A stretch of 64,000 nt of DNA from Actinomycetota bacterium. Its GTDB lineage: Bacteria > Actinomycetota > Acidimicrobiia > IMCC26256 > PALSA-555. Shown here in pieces: positions 36,487 through 46,364 of this stretch. Every line of letters starts with the position of its first letter. Positions within the stretch are counted from its first letter, which is position 1. Under the pieces are notes generated by a model. The model worked only from the letters and a program-made list of their open reading frames with translations. It searched no databases and was not told the DNA's origin. The position numbers and the translations under genes are program-made. The stretch lies in NCBI GenBank assembly GCA_016870355.1, contig VGBR01000002.1:3893-67892 (forward strand), in the 5' to 3' direction.

Positions 36487-37911
36487 TCAGCCCTGCAAGA
36501 TGATGAGACGCGGCTCGGTCATCTCCTCGACCGCGTATCGAGGTCCTTCGCGCGTGTTGCCGCTGTCTCGTAGACCGCCATACGGCATCTGGTCGGCGCG
36601 GTAGGTCGGGACCTCGTTCACGAGCACCCCACCGAAGTCGAGGCTGCGCGCGGCGCGCAGCGCGACATTGACGTCGTTCGTGAAGATCGCGGCCTGGAGT
36701 CCGTAGCGGGTGTCGTTCGCGAGGCGGATGGCATCGTCGACGTCGCGGTAGGTCTGCACGCCGATCACGGGACCGAACACCTCGAGAGCGCACACCTTCA
36801 TGTCCGGCGCGACGTTGGTGAGGACGGTCGGCAGCATCACTCCGTCTTGCACGTCGCCGCCGGTCGCCAACTCGGCGCCGCTCGCCGCGGCTTCGTCGAC
36901 CCATGCCTTCACCCGGTCCCGCTCGGCGCCCGAGATCAGCGCCGACACGTCGGTGTTCTCATCGAGCGGATCGCCCACCTTCAGCGCTTCGACGAGCGGG
37001 ATGAGCTTGGCGAGGAACTTGTCGTGGATCGACTCGTGGACCAGGACGCGTTGGGTGGAGATGCAGGACTGGCCGGCGTGACTGAACCCGGCCACGGAGA
37101 TCTTCTTGGCGGCAGTCTCGTAGTCGGCGTCACCTTCGAGGATGACGGGCGCGTTGTTGCCGAGCTCCAAACCCACCTTCTTCTGAGGGGCCTGAGCCTT
37201 GATGCCCCAGCCGACCTCGGGCGAGCCAGTGAACGTGATCAGTGTGATGTCGTCGTGGTCGACCATCGCGTTGCCGACCGTGCCGCCGCCTCCGGTGACG
37301 AGGTTGAGATGACCAGGAGGAAGGCCGCACTCGTCGAGGAGCAGCGTCGCGAGCGCGAGAGCCGAGAGCGGGGTCTGTGACGCGGGCTTGAGGACGACCG
37401 GACACCCCGCTGCGATCGCCGGTGCGACCTTGTGGGCAACGAGGTTGAGCGGGAAGTTGAACGGGCTGATCGCGCCGACGACACCGATCGGGACGCGGAG
37501 CGTGAACGCGAGCTTTCCCTCGCCAACATCGGCCGACTCCATCGGCACCATCTCGCCCGCGAGGTCACGCGCCGCCGCCGCTGCGAACGTGAAGGTCGAG
37601 ACCGCACGCTTGGCTTCGACGCGCGCGGTCTTGATCGGCTTGGCGGCCTCTTCGGCAATGATTCGAGCGAAGTCCTCGGTGCGCTCGCTGAGCAACCTTG
37701 CCGCGGTGTCGAGGATCTCGGCCCGGCGCCACTGGGGGAGCGGCGACTCATGCCTCGCCGCAGTCGCCGCCTTGACCGCACGGTCGACCTCGGCCGGACC
37801 GCAGGCGGGCACGCGACCGATCTCGTGCCCGTCGAACGGCGACTCGACGACGATCTCGTCGGACATCGTCACGCGGTCAGCGCCGATGGGGAGCGAACGC
37901 ACGGTGGTCAC
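36487..37911 (-). CDS. NAD(P)-dependent aldehyde dehydrogenase
   Basis: Carries the ELGNNAP and catalytic GQSCIS motifs. The start GTG 37911 overlaps the upstream stop as GTGA. This keeps the conserved N-terminal L-P-I-G...V-x-SP-x-DG pattern that ATG 37866 would remove. Confidence 0.88.
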   Translation of the reverse strand: MTTVRSLPIGADRVTMSDEIVVESPFDGHEIGRVPACGPAEVDRAVKAATAARHESPLPQWRRAEILDTAARLLSERTEDFARIIAEEAAKPIKTARVEAKRAVSTFTFAAAAARDLAGEMVPMESADVGEGKLAFTLRVPIGVVGAISPFNFPLNLVAHKVAPAIAAGCPVVLKPASQTPLSALALATLLLDECGLPPGHLNLVTGGGGTVGNAMVDHDDITLITFTGSPEVGWGIKAQAPQKKVGLELGNNAPVILEGDADYETAAKKISVAGFSHAGQSCISTQRVLVHESIHDKFLAKLIPLVEALKVGDPLDENTDVSALISGAERDRVKAWVDEAAASGAELATGGDVQDGVMLPTVLTNVAPDMKVCALEVFGPVIGVQTYRDVDDAIRLANDTRYGLQAAIFTNDVNVALRAARSLDFGGVLVNEVPTYRADQMPYGGLRDSGNTREGPRYAVEEMTEPRLIILQG

Positions 37912-38753
37912 AGCGGCAGGCACTCCTCGAGGCCGAGTGCTGTTCGAACTTCGGACGGAATCCCCGGGTCGGTCTCGAACGGGCAACCGATCTGGTCGGT
38001 ACCCGGACCGGTGACGGTCCATTCGTCGCCACTGCACGACGCGACGCCGCGCCCACCCTGGAGCTCCATCACGTATTCGGGCTTCGGGACGTCCGCGTAG
38101 AGCGCGTGGCGATTGTCGGCCGTCGCGACCACGACGTCGACGGTGAAGTACTGGTCGAACGCCTCGGCACCACCGGGATCGGTCGCGGCTTCGACCGCTG
38201 CGATGCCGATCGTCCCACCGCACGGCAGAGGTGGGTATGGACCGCGACCGAGTCGCAGCGTCATGTCTGGGAGCTCGAGCAAGAGCTGGGCTTCGTCCAG
38301 CGCAGCTGGCACCACACCCTCGACCGATGCGCGTGTCGTTGCGTCCACAGTCGTCGTGGACCCGTCGAGCTCGTTGATCGTGCCCTCACCCGCGAGTCGC
38401 ACCGACGCGCCCCGGTCGCTGGGGGTGAACGTCAGATCGGTGGGGCTTGTGTCGAATGAGCCTTTGCCCTTCGCGCGCACCTTCACGGGGCCGAGGTCGG
38501 GTCCGACCGCGAGGTAGGCACCGACGCTCGACCCGCGCAGCCGGAACTTGCCGTCGCGCAACGAGAGGCGAATCCCGTCGACACCCTCCTGCAGCTCGAA
38601 CACGACGTGTCCGTGGGTAGGGCCTGGCACCGCAACCGAGATGACGGTGTACGTGCCGTCGCGCACACTGGCCCCTCCATGCGTGCTCGCCAGGGCCGCG
38701 CTGCTCGGAGCAATCCACGCGAGCAGCGCCAGGAGGACGGTCAGGGTCTTCAC
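37908..38753 (-). CDS. hypothetical secreted protein
   Basis: Has a signal peptide (MKTLTVLLALLAWIAPSSAALAS). I recognise no family. The GTG start lies 3 nt after the tRNA-Arg 3' end. Confidence 0.6.
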   Translation of the reverse strand: MKTLTVLLALLAWIAPSSAALASTHGGASVRDGTYTVISVAVPGPTHGHVVFELQEGVDGIRLSLRDGKFRLRGSSVGAYLAVGPDLGPVKVRAKGKGSFDTSPTDLTFTPSDRGASVRLAGEGTINELDGSTTTVDATTRASVEGVVPAALDEAQLLLELPDMTLRLGRGPYPPLPCGGTIGIAAVEAATDPGGAEAFDQYFTVDVVVATADNRHALYADVPKPEYVMELQGGRGVASCSGDEWTVTGPGTDQIGCPFETDPGIPSEVRTALGLEECLPL

Positions 38754-38756
38754 GCG

Positions 38757-38828
38757 CGCCCTCGGCAGGACTCGAACCTGCGCACACGGCTCCGGAGGCC
38801 GATGCTCTATCCGCTGAGCTACGAGGGC
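38757..38828 (-). tRNA. tRNA-Arg (anticodon CCG)
   Basis: The manual cloverleaf is GCCCTCG-TA-GCTC-AGCGGATA-GAGC-A-TCGGC-CTCCGGA-GCCGT-GTGC-GCAGG-TTCGAGT-CCTGC-CGAGGGC-G. It is 72 nt and the CCA is not encoded. Confidence 0.85.
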
Positions 38829-38874
38829 GAGAGAGAAGCGACTCTACGTGATGCGCTGTGCCCTCACGCTGGTG

Positions 38875-39906
38875 TCAGGTGCTGTCGTCCTCGCGGGATG
38901 CGGCGTCGAGGGTGGCGCGTGCGGCGGCTTCGATGGGGCTCGCGCCTGACCCCAAGCCGTGGCTGGATTCGCGCGTCCCCGCGTGCATGAGCGACACCGC
39001 CACCACGAACCGGCGGTCGGCGGTCGTCTCGATGGTGCGTGCCCATCCCAGCGTCAGCTGATGCTCGAATCCGACCGACGAAAGTGCTTCGAGCGTCGCG
39101 GTGACCGCGCCGGCGAGGCCTTGTGCCATCGGGGCGCGGCCGATCGTGCGCACTTCGTCGCGGCGCACGTGCACCTCGACCTCACCGTTCTCGGGATCGT
39201 TGCGAACTGCGACGACGGTCGGATCGGTCGCGCGCGGAGCACGTGCTGGCCCACGAGGAGGAATCGGCAGAGCTTCGGCCGCCGGTGTCGCTGGGTCAGG
39301 CGCGACAAGCGGGGGCTCCGGAACCGGCTGTTCGGCGATGTCGCGCACCACCTCGACGACCAGCCGGGTCTCCGCGAGTGGCGCAGTCGCATGTGCGGCG
39401 GCGCGGGCGAGGTCGCTGGGTGCATCCGCGTCGGCGTGCACCTGGACGACCATCAGGTCGCCGTCGCGCTCGACCACGACGGCGTGAACACCGGGAAGTC
39501 GGCGCAGCGCAATCTCCGCGACGTCGACCCCTCGCGCATCTGGCCGTTCGGCGCGCTCGAGCTCCAATCGCAACGACGTTGCGCACAGCTGCACCAGCAG
39601 CTCGGGGTCGACTCGGTCCGGCGGAAGCTCGGGGTCCGCTCGCACGCCTGGGCGCCCGGAGAGCGTGCCGGGCTCGAACGGTCCGGAGCCGGCTCGGAAC
39701 GCCTGGCGACCGAGGTCGGGGTCGTCGATGACGACCGTCAGGGACCGGAGGTGCAGCGTGATGATCAGTCGGTCGAGCGTGGCGTGCAGCGATCCCAGTC
39801 CGGGCTCGTCGGTGTGGCGGCGCGCGGCGAAGGTCGGAGGCGGCGCCTCCGCCACCTCGTCGTGCTCGAGCGTTCGGAGCTCACGCCCCGGATCGCCAAC
39901 CGTCAC
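38875..39906 (-). CDS. hypothetical protein (no recognised family; C-terminal roughly 95 aa reminiscent of a LeuA-type regulatory domain)
   Basis: 343 aa, acidic and Pro/Ala-rich in the middle. The C-terminal pattern G..A.GLAGAVTATLEALSSVGF...GLGSGASPIEAAARATLDA resembles LeuA_dimer domains from memory only. Confidence 0.5.
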   Translation of the reverse strand: MTVGDPGRELRTLEHDEVAEAPPPTFAARRHTDEPGLGSLHATLDRLIITLHLRSLTVVIDDPDLGRQAFRAGSGPFEPGTLSGRPGVRADPELPPDRVDPELLVQLCATSLRLELERAERPDARGVDVAEIALRRLPGVHAVVVERDGDLMVVQVHADADAPSDLARAAAHATAPLAETRLVVEVVRDIAEQPVPEPPLVAPDPATPAAEALPIPPRGPARAPRATDPTVVAVRNDPENGEVEVHVRRDEVRTIGRAPMAQGLAGAVTATLEALSSVGFEHQLTLGWARTIETTADRRFVVAVSLMHAGTRESSHGLGSGASPIEAAARATLDAASREDDST

Positions 39907-40025
39907 GTCACCTCTCCTGTCGCCACGCGCGCAGGCTAGCGGCGCGTCGACTCCTATGTTCCCGGGGTCTTCCCAACGGTGGCAAGTACGATGCGAGCAC
40001 GGGCTGCGCCGCCGCGCCCACCGTT

Positions 40026-41684
40026 GTGATCCGCGAACTGCTCATCGACGCGCTGCGCGCCGCACTTGACCGGTCTGGCTACGCCGAGCCGGAGGGCGGG
40101 ATCGCGCTCGAGCCGCCCAAGCAGCGTGAGCACGGGGATTGGTCGTCGCCGGTCGCGCTCCAGGCGGCCAAGACGGCGGGCGCCAAGCCACGCGACGTCG
40201 CCGCCGCGCTGAAGGATCGCCTCGATGAGGCGCAGATCCCGCACGTGGAGCGGATCGAGATCGCCGGGCCGGGGTTCATCAACTTCCATCTGGCCCCGAC
40301 CTGGCTGCATGACGTTCTCCGCGACGTCGTCGCGGCTGGCGAGTCCTACGGGCGGGGCACGTCACTTGCGGGCAAGCGCATCAACCTCGAGTTCGTGTCC
40401 GCGAACCCGACCGGGCCCTTGCACGCCGGCGGCGGCAGATGGGTGGCGGTCGGCGACGCGATGGCAAACGTGCTCGCAGCGCAGGGCGCGGAGGTCCACC
40501 GGGAGTACTACCTGAACGACGCCGGCAACCAGCTCGACACCTTTGGCGCGTCGCTGTTCGCCCGCTACGAGGGGAGGGAGCCGCCGGAAGACGGCTACCA
40601 AGGTGAGTACCTCGTCGAGATGGCGGCAAGGCTTCGCAGGGAGCTCGGCGACGCCGTCACGGAGGAACACGCCCGCGAATGGGGCTACCGCGACGTGGTC
40701 GGTCAGCTCGAGCGCGACCTCGGGCGCATCGGCGTGCACTTCGACACCTGGTTCTCAGAGCGCACGTTGCACGAGCGCGGTGAGGTTGCGGACGTGTTGG
40801 AGAAGCTCCGAGCGAGCGGTCACACCTTCGAGAAGGACGACGCGCTGTGGCTCCGCAGCACCGAGTTCGGGGACCAGCGCGACCGGGTGCTCGTGCGCGC
40901 AGGTGGTGCCACCACCTATCTGTGCAACGACCTCGCGTACCACCGAGACAAGTTCGCCCGCGGTTGGGAGCATCTCATCGACATCTGGGGTGCGGACCAC
41001 CACGGTCAGGTGAAGTCGGTGCAGTCCGGCATGCAAGCGCTCGGGTTCCCTGAGGACGAACCCGAGGTGGTCCTCGGGCAGCTCGTCAAGGTGGTGCGCG
41101 GCGGTGAGGTCGTGCGCATGTCCAAGCGCGCCGGAAACATCATCACACTGGCCGACATCCTCGACGAGGTGGATCCTGACGTCTGTCGCCTCACCTTCTT
41201 GCTTCAGGGGATCGACACCGCGCAGACCTTCGATCTCGACGTCGTCACGACACAGTCGATGGAGAACCCCGTCTACTACGTGCAGTACGCGCACGCGCGT
41301 GTGAAGTCGATCGAGCGCATGGCGGCCGAACGTGGCGTCGTGCGCGCAACGCTCGACGGCGTCGACCTCTCACCGCTCACGCACGAGCGGGAGCTCGACC
41401 TCCTGCGCGCGCTGGTCACGTATCCCGACGAGGTCTCAGAAGCGAGCACCTTGCGCGCCCCGCATCGCGTCACCACCTGGGTGCGTGACTTCGCGTCCCG
41501 CTTTCACGGCTTCTACCGGGACTGTCGAGTGCTCACCGACGATCCCGCGCTCACCCAGGCGCGGCTGTGGCTTGCGGAGGCATCTCGTATTGGCCTCGCG
41601 AACGCGCTAACCCTCTTGGGTGTCGACGCGCCCGACGAGATGACCCGTCTCGACGATGACGACGAGGACGAGAGCCAATCGTGA
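40026..41684 (+). CDS. argS: arginine--tRNA ligase
   Basis: Class I signature SANPTGPLHAGG and the MSKRAGN motif. Conserved argS-lysA-hom-thrC order. Confidence 0.93.
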   Translation: MIRELLIDALRAALDRSGYAEPEGGIALEPPKQREHGDWSSPVALQAAKTAGAKPRDVAAALKDRLDEAQIPHVERIEIAGPGFINFHLAPTWLHDVLRDVVAAGESYGRGTSLAGKRINLEFVSANPTGPLHAGGGRWVAVGDAMANVLAAQGAEVHREYYLNDAGNQLDTFGASLFARYEGREPPEDGYQGEYLVEMAARLRRELGDAVTEEHAREWGYRDVVGQLERDLGRIGVHFDTWFSERTLHERGEVADVLEKLRASGHTFEKDDALWLRSTEFGDQRDRVLVRAGGATTYLCNDLAYHRDKFARGWEHLIDIWGADHHGQVKSVQSGMQALGFPEDEPEVVLGQLVKVVRGGEVVRMSKRAGNIITLADILDEVDPDVCRLTFLLQGIDTAQTFDLDVVTTQSMENPVYYVQYAHARVKSIERMAAERGVVRATLDGVDLSPLTHERELDLLRALVTYPDEVSEASTLRAPHRVTTWVRDFASRFHGFYRDCRVLTDDPALTQARLWLAEASRIGLANALTLLGVDAPDEMTRLDDDDEDESQS

Positions 41685-43054
41685 TCACCGAGGCGCCGCT
41701 CGACCAGACGCTGGTGCCGCCAGGGTTGCTCGGCATCGACCTGGAAGCGTTCGCGACTGAGTTCGGCACACCGTTGTTCGTGTACGACGAGGATGAGCTG
41801 CGGCGCCGGTGCCAGGACTACGTGGCGTGCATAGGAGAGGATTCCGTCACCTACGCGGCGAAGTCGTTCATGTGCACCGCGATGGTTCGCCTCGTCGACG
41901 AGGAGGGGCTGCGCCTCGACGTCGCGACCGGCGGCGAGCTGCACGTTGCTCGCAACGCGGGGTTCCCTGCGGAGCGGATCGTCTTCCACGGCAACAACAA
42001 GTCGGATGTAGAGGTGCGAACCGGGCTCGAGGCGGGTGTTGGTCGCATCGTCGTCGATTCGTTCGACGAGATCGCGCGCCTCGAAGATGCTATGGCCGCG
42101 GGCGTGTCCAAGCAACCTCCGCACGTCCTCGTACGAGTCACGCCGGGTGTCGAGGCCCACACGCACGAGTTCATCGAGACCGGCACCGAGCGATCGAAGT
42201 TCGGCTTCACGGTGAGCGAAGGGGTTGCGCTCGAAGCGGTGCAACGCGTGGTTGCTGCCGATGGCTTGCACTTCGGTGGTCTGCACAGCCACATCGGCTC
42301 ACAGATCGAACGTCTCGACGCGTACGGGCGTGCGATCGAGATCCTCGCCAACCTTGCGCGTGAGATCGGGGACATGACTGGCGCGGCGGTCGAGGAGCTC
42401 AATCTTGGCGGAGGGTTGGCGGCGCGCTACCTCGCGACCGATCCCGACGTGTCCGTGTCGACCTACGCCGACGCGTTGCGCAGCGCCGTGGCCGCGCACT
42501 GGTTGGCCGGCGCGCAGCCGCACATCGTGGTCGAGCCCGGACGTTCGATCGCGGCCCCGTGCGCGATCACCCTCTATCGAGTGGGGACGGTCAAGGAGAT
42601 CCCGGGAGTCGGGACGTACGTGGCGGTGGACGGGGGCATGAGCGACAACCCGCGTCCTGTGCTCTACGGCGCGGGTTACGAGGCGTACCTTCCGGCGCGC
42701 ATCGACGAACCGAGACCGCTGCGGTGCAACATCGCGGGCAAGCACTGCGAGCAGGGTGATGTGATCGTGCGCGACGCGTGCTTACCGGAGGGTGTGCGAG
42801 TCGGCGATCTGTTGGCGACGCCGACCACGGGTGCCTACGGATACTCGATGGCGTCGAACTACAACAAGGTGCCGCGGCCGGCCGTCGTGTTCGTCCGCAA
42901 TGGCGATGCCCGGGTCGTCGTGCGTCGGGAGACCGAGGAAGATCTCGTCCGACTTGACGTCATTGACTCCATGGTCGCCTCCGCAGGCTCCGGCTCCTCT
43001 GGCGTTCGGGAGGCGAAGCCACACCGAACACCTAGGTCAGACTGGTCGGCGTGA
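41681..43054 (+). CDS. lysA: diaminopimelate decarboxylase
   Basis: A fold-III PLP decarboxylase pattern (YAAKSF, HSHIGSQ, EPGRSI, CEQGD). It has 4-nt overlaps with argS and hom. Confidence 0.92.
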   Translation: MITEAPLDQTLVPPGLLGIDLEAFATEFGTPLFVYDEDELRRRCQDYVACIGEDSVTYAAKSFMCTAMVRLVDEEGLRLDVATGGELHVARNAGFPAERIVFHGNNKSDVEVRTGLEAGVGRIVVDSFDEIARLEDAMAAGVSKQPPHVLVRVTPGVEAHTHEFIETGTERSKFGFTVSEGVALEAVQRVVAADGLHFGGLHSHIGSQIERLDAYGRAIEILANLAREIGDMTGAAVEELNLGGGLAARYLATDPDVSVSTYADALRSAVAAHWLAGAQPHIVVEPGRSIAAPCAITLYRVGTVKEIPGVGTYVAVDGGMSDNPRPVLYGAGYEAYLPARIDEPRPLRCNIAGKHCEQGDVIVRDACLPEGVRVGDLLATPTTGAYGYSMASNYNKVPRPAVVFVRNGDARVVVRRETEEDLVRLDVIDSMVASAGSGSSGVREAKPHRTPRSDWSA

Positions 43055-44340
43055 GTGGTCCGGCCCGCGTGGGCTTGCTCGGTTGCGGGAATGTCGGCAG
43101 CGCCCTCGCGCGCCTCATCGACGAGCACGCCGATGTGATCGCCGCGAGGGCCGGCGTCGGCATCGAGATCGCGCGGGTCGCGGTCCGTGACGTGAAGAAA
43201 TCGCGCGACGTGAGGGTCCCGCCCGATCGGTTCACCGGCGATCCGCTCGACCTGGTGCGCGATCCCGACATCGACGTGATCGTCGAGATGATGGGTGGTG
43301 TCGACCCAGCCCGGGAGCTGATCACCGAAGCTCTGAAAAGCGGGAAGTCAGTGGTCACCGCGAACAAGGAGCTGATCGCGAGGCATGGCCCCGACTTGTT
43401 CGCGACCGCCGCCGCCTCCGGCGTCGACTTGCTCTTCGAGGCATCGGTCGCAGGGGGCATCCCACTCATGCGCCCGCTCCGTGAGTCACTCGCGGGGGAT
43501 CGCATCCGCCGGGTGATGGGAATCGTCAACGGGACGACCAACTTCATCCTCACGCGCATGAGCGACGACCACATGTCGTTCGAGGATGCGCTCGCCGATG
43601 CGCAACGGCTCGGCTACGCGGAGCCGGACCCGTCAGCTGACGTGCAGGGCGACGATGCTGCCGCCAAGGCCGCGATCATCGCCACGATCGCGTTCGGTGC
43701 TCGGGTGAACGTTGACGACGTCTATCGCGAGGGCATCACGAGCGTTTCGCGCGACGACATCGAGTCGGCCGCGATCCTCGGCTACGCGGTGAAGCTCCTG
43801 GCCGTCGCCGAAGAGCTCGAGGGCGGCATCTCCGTGCGCGTACACCCCGCGATGATCCCGGTGCACCATCCGCTCGCATCCGTGCGCGACGCGTTCAATG
43901 CGGTGTTCATCGAGGGCGAAGCCGTGGGCGAGCTGATGCTGTATGGGCGCGGTGCGGGCGGGGGACCGACCGCATCGGCGCTGTCCGGCGACCTCATCGA
44001 TGCCGTGAAGAACCGGGTCTCGGGCGCGAAGGGCGCAACCATCGGTGAGCTCGTCGAGCGTCCGATTCGAGCGATCGACGACTCCGAATCGCAGTTCTAC
44101 CTGTTGATGGAAGTCGCTGACCGTCCTGGAGTGCTGGGAGCGATCGCCAACGAGTTCGGTGAGCACAGTGTGTCGATCAAGTCGATGGAGCAGCGCGGCA
44201 TGGGCGAAGACGCGCGCCTCGTGTTCGTCACGCACCGGGCGCGCGAGTCGGCGTTGCGGGCGACGCTCGAAGCGCTGCGCGGCGTGGAGACGGTGCACCG
44301 CGTGGGATCGGTGCTGCGCGTCCTCGGGGACGAGGATTGA
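43051..44340 (+). CDS. hom: homoserine dehydrogenase
   Basis: Carries the NAD-binding [11 protein letters not shown] motif, the catalytic domain and a C-terminal ACT domain. Confidence 0.92.
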   Translation: MSGPARVGLLGCGNVGSALARLIDEHADVIAARAGVGIEIARVAVRDVKKSRDVRVPPDRFTGDPLDLVRDPDIDVIVEMMGGVDPARELITEALKSGKSVVTANKELIARHGPDLFATAAASGVDLLFEASVAGGIPLMRPLRESLAGDRIRRVMGIVNGTTNFILTRMSDDHMSFEDALADAQRLGYAEPDPSADVQGDDAAAKAAIIATIAFGARVNVDDVYREGITSVSRDDIESAAILGYAVKLLAVAEELEGGISVRVHPAMIPVHHPLASVRDAFNAVFIEGEAVGELMLYGRGAGGGPTASALSGDLIDAVKNRVSGAKGATIGELVERPIRAIDDSESQFYLLMEVADRPGVLGAIANEFGEHSVSIKSMEQRGMGEDARLVFVTHRARESALRATLEALRGVETVHRVGSVLRVLGDED

Positions 44341-45398
44341 GCGAGCGCGCCTGGCCGGGATTGATCGAGGCGTTCCGAGAGCGCCTGCCGGTCACTGACG
44401 CCACTCCCGTCATCACCCTGCTGGAAGGCAACACGCCGCTGGTCGACGCGCCGCGCATCGCGGCACAGGCCGGGGTGAGCAAGGTGCTGCTCAAGATCGA
44501 AGGCGCGAACCCGACCGGCTCGTTCAAGGACCGCGGCATGACCATGGCCGTGTCGGTGGCGGCGGAGCAGGGTGCGAAAGCCGTGATCTGCGCGTCCACG
44601 GGTAACACGTCGGCCTCTGCCGCCGCGTACGCCGCCCGTGCTGGCCTGCTGTGCGCGGTCGTGTTGCCGGCAGGGCACATCGCGCTCGGGAAGCTTGCGC
44701 AGGCGCTGATCCACGGCGCTCGAGTGGTGCCGATCCACGGCAACTTCGACGTCGCGCTCGACATCGTGCGTGAGCTCGGGGAGCGACCCGGAGTCGAAGT
44801 CGTGAACTCAGTGAACCCAGTCCGCATCGAAGGTCAGAAGACGGCGTCGTTCGAGATCGTCGACGCGCTGGGTGACGCACCGACGGTGCACTGCCTCCCG
44901 GTCGGGAACGCGGGGAACATCACTGCGTACTGGAAGGGCTACCGCGAAGACATGGACGCGGGTCGTGCGACGCGCTCGCCGCGGATGCTCGGGTGGCAGG
45001 CATCAGGTGCGGCGCCGTTGGTGCTCGGCGAGCCGGTGTTGCACCCCGAGACGATCGCCACCGCGATCCGGATCGGCAATCCGGCCTCGTGGCAGGGCGC
45101 GATCGATGCGCGTGACGAGTCGGGCGGCCACATCGGCGCCGTCACCGACGCGGAGATCCTCGAGGCCTACAAGCTGCTCGCGGCCGAGGAGGGTGTGTTC
45201 GTCGAGCCCGCGTCGGCGTCGTCGGTGGCCGGCTTGCTGAAGGCTGCGGCCGATGGCCTCGTGGTCGGCGACGACGTCGTGGTGTGCACCTTGACCGGCC
45301 ATGGGTTGAAGGACCCGCAACGGGCGATCAGCGAGGTGCATGTCGGGGACGCAGTGGAAGCCACGCCGGCGATCGTCGCCGACGCGATCGGGATCTGA
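44337..45398 (+). CDS. thrC: threonine synthase
   Basis: Carries the PLP-lysine motif [10 protein letters not shown]. The start overlaps the hom stop. Confidence 0.92.
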   Translation: MSERAWPGLIEAFRERLPVTDATPVITLLEGNTPLVDAPRIAAQAGVSKVLLKIEGANPTGSFKDRGMTMAVSVAAEQGAKAVICASTGNTSASAAAYAARAGLLCAVVLPAGHIALGKLAQALIHGARVVPIHGNFDVALDIVRELGERPGVEVVNSVNPVRIEGQKTASFEIVDALGDAPTVHCLPVGNAGNITAYWKGYREDMDAGRATRSPRMLGWQASGAAPLVLGEPVLHPETIATAIRIGNPASWQGAIDARDESGGHIGAVTDAEILEAYKLLAAEEGVFVEPASASSVAGLLKAAADGLVVGDDVVVCTLTGHGLKDPQRAISEVHVGDAVEATPAIVADAIGI

Positions 45399-45410
45399 GC
45401 GGACGCAGAC

Positions 45411-46193
45411 ATGTCAGACCGGCGGATCGCGTTGGTCACGGGGGCGTCGTCCGGGATCGGCGAGGAGTTCGCACGCGCTCTCGCGGACCGTGGCAACGAC
45501 CTTGTGCTCGTGGCCCGGAACGAGGAGAAGCTGCGCGAGCTCGCCACCGAGCTCCAGACCCAGCACGGCGCGACTTCAGAGGTGCTCGCGGCGGATCTCG
45601 AGACCGACGACGGCATCGCTCGCGTCGAGGCACGCCTTGGCGACGAAGCCGAGCCGGTCGACTTGCTCGTCAACAACGCAGCGTTTGGCACGAACGGCAA
45701 CTTTCACGAGCTGCCGATCGACAACGAAGTTGCCGAGGTTCAGCTCAACGTCGTGGCGCTGATGCGCCTCACCCGTGCCGCGCTCGGCCCGATGGTGAAG
45801 CGGAACCGTGGCGGTGTGATCAACGTCTCGTCGATCGGTGGCTACCAACCGACGCCGTTCATGGCCACGTATTCAGCGACGAAGGCGTTCGTGAACAGCT
45901 TCTCCAACGCGGTTCACGAGGAGCTGAAGGACACCGAGGTGAAGATGATGGTGCTCGCACCGGGCTACACCCACACGAACTTTCACGAGCGGGCACAAGT
46001 CGAGAAGGGCGGCATGCCCGGATTCCTCTGGCAGACGCCCGACGAGGTCGTGCAGACCGCGCTGAAGTCCTACGACAAGGGTCGCGCGGTGTGCATCCCG
46101 GGCGCGATCAACAAGAGCGCAGCCATGTTCTCGAGTTCGATGCCCGCCGGTTTGATGCGACGCGTCGCGGGCATGGTGACGAAACGGCAGTAG
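45411..46193 (+). CDS. SDR-family oxidoreductase
   Basis: Carries VTGASSGIGEE and YSATKAF motifs. Confidence 0.85.
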   Translation: MSDRRIALVTGASSGIGEEFARALADRGNDLVLVARNEEKLRELATELQTQHGATSEVLAADLETDDGIARVEARLGDEAEPVDLLVNNAAFGTNGNFHELPIDNEVAEVQLNVVALMRLTRAALGPMVKRNRGGVINVSSIGGYQPTPFMATYSATKAFVNSFSNAVHEELKDTEVKMMVLAPGYTHTNFHERAQVEKGGMPGFLWQTPDEVVQTALKSYDKGRAVCIPGAINKSAAMFSSSMPAGLMRRVAGMVTKRQ

Positions 46194-46195
46194 AT

Positions 46196-46336
46196 CTACG
46201 CGCGATCGATCCGGTACACGCCGGAGTAGAGCGAGACGACGTACAGCTCACCGTCGTTGTCTTCACCGAACGCGACCGTTCCGTCCGCACCTACGAAGAA
46301 ATCGCGGGCCTCGGTGAAGATGAATGAGCTGCCTGG
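46196..46336 (-). pseudogene. C-terminal relic of a third PQQ-dependent sugar dehydrogenase paralogue
   Basis: The minus-strand reading ...GSSFIFTEARDFFVGADGTVAFGEDNDGELYVVSLYSGVYRIDRA* matches the C-termini of the two intact neighbours (..FGEDNDGELYVLSQSDGLYRIDPA). It has no start codon and an in-frame stop lies upstream. Confidence 0.65.
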
Positions 46337-46364
46337 GTGGTATCGGCGTCACGGAGCGTGAAAC

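Noticed and set aside
43000-43054. The unusually long Ser/Gly-rich C-terminal tail of LysA overlapping the hom start, considered as a possible frameshift or fusion.
   Set aside because: The reading frame is continuous and ends in a normal 4-nt overlap with hom. Tail length varies among LysA proteins, and I see no evidence of an error.
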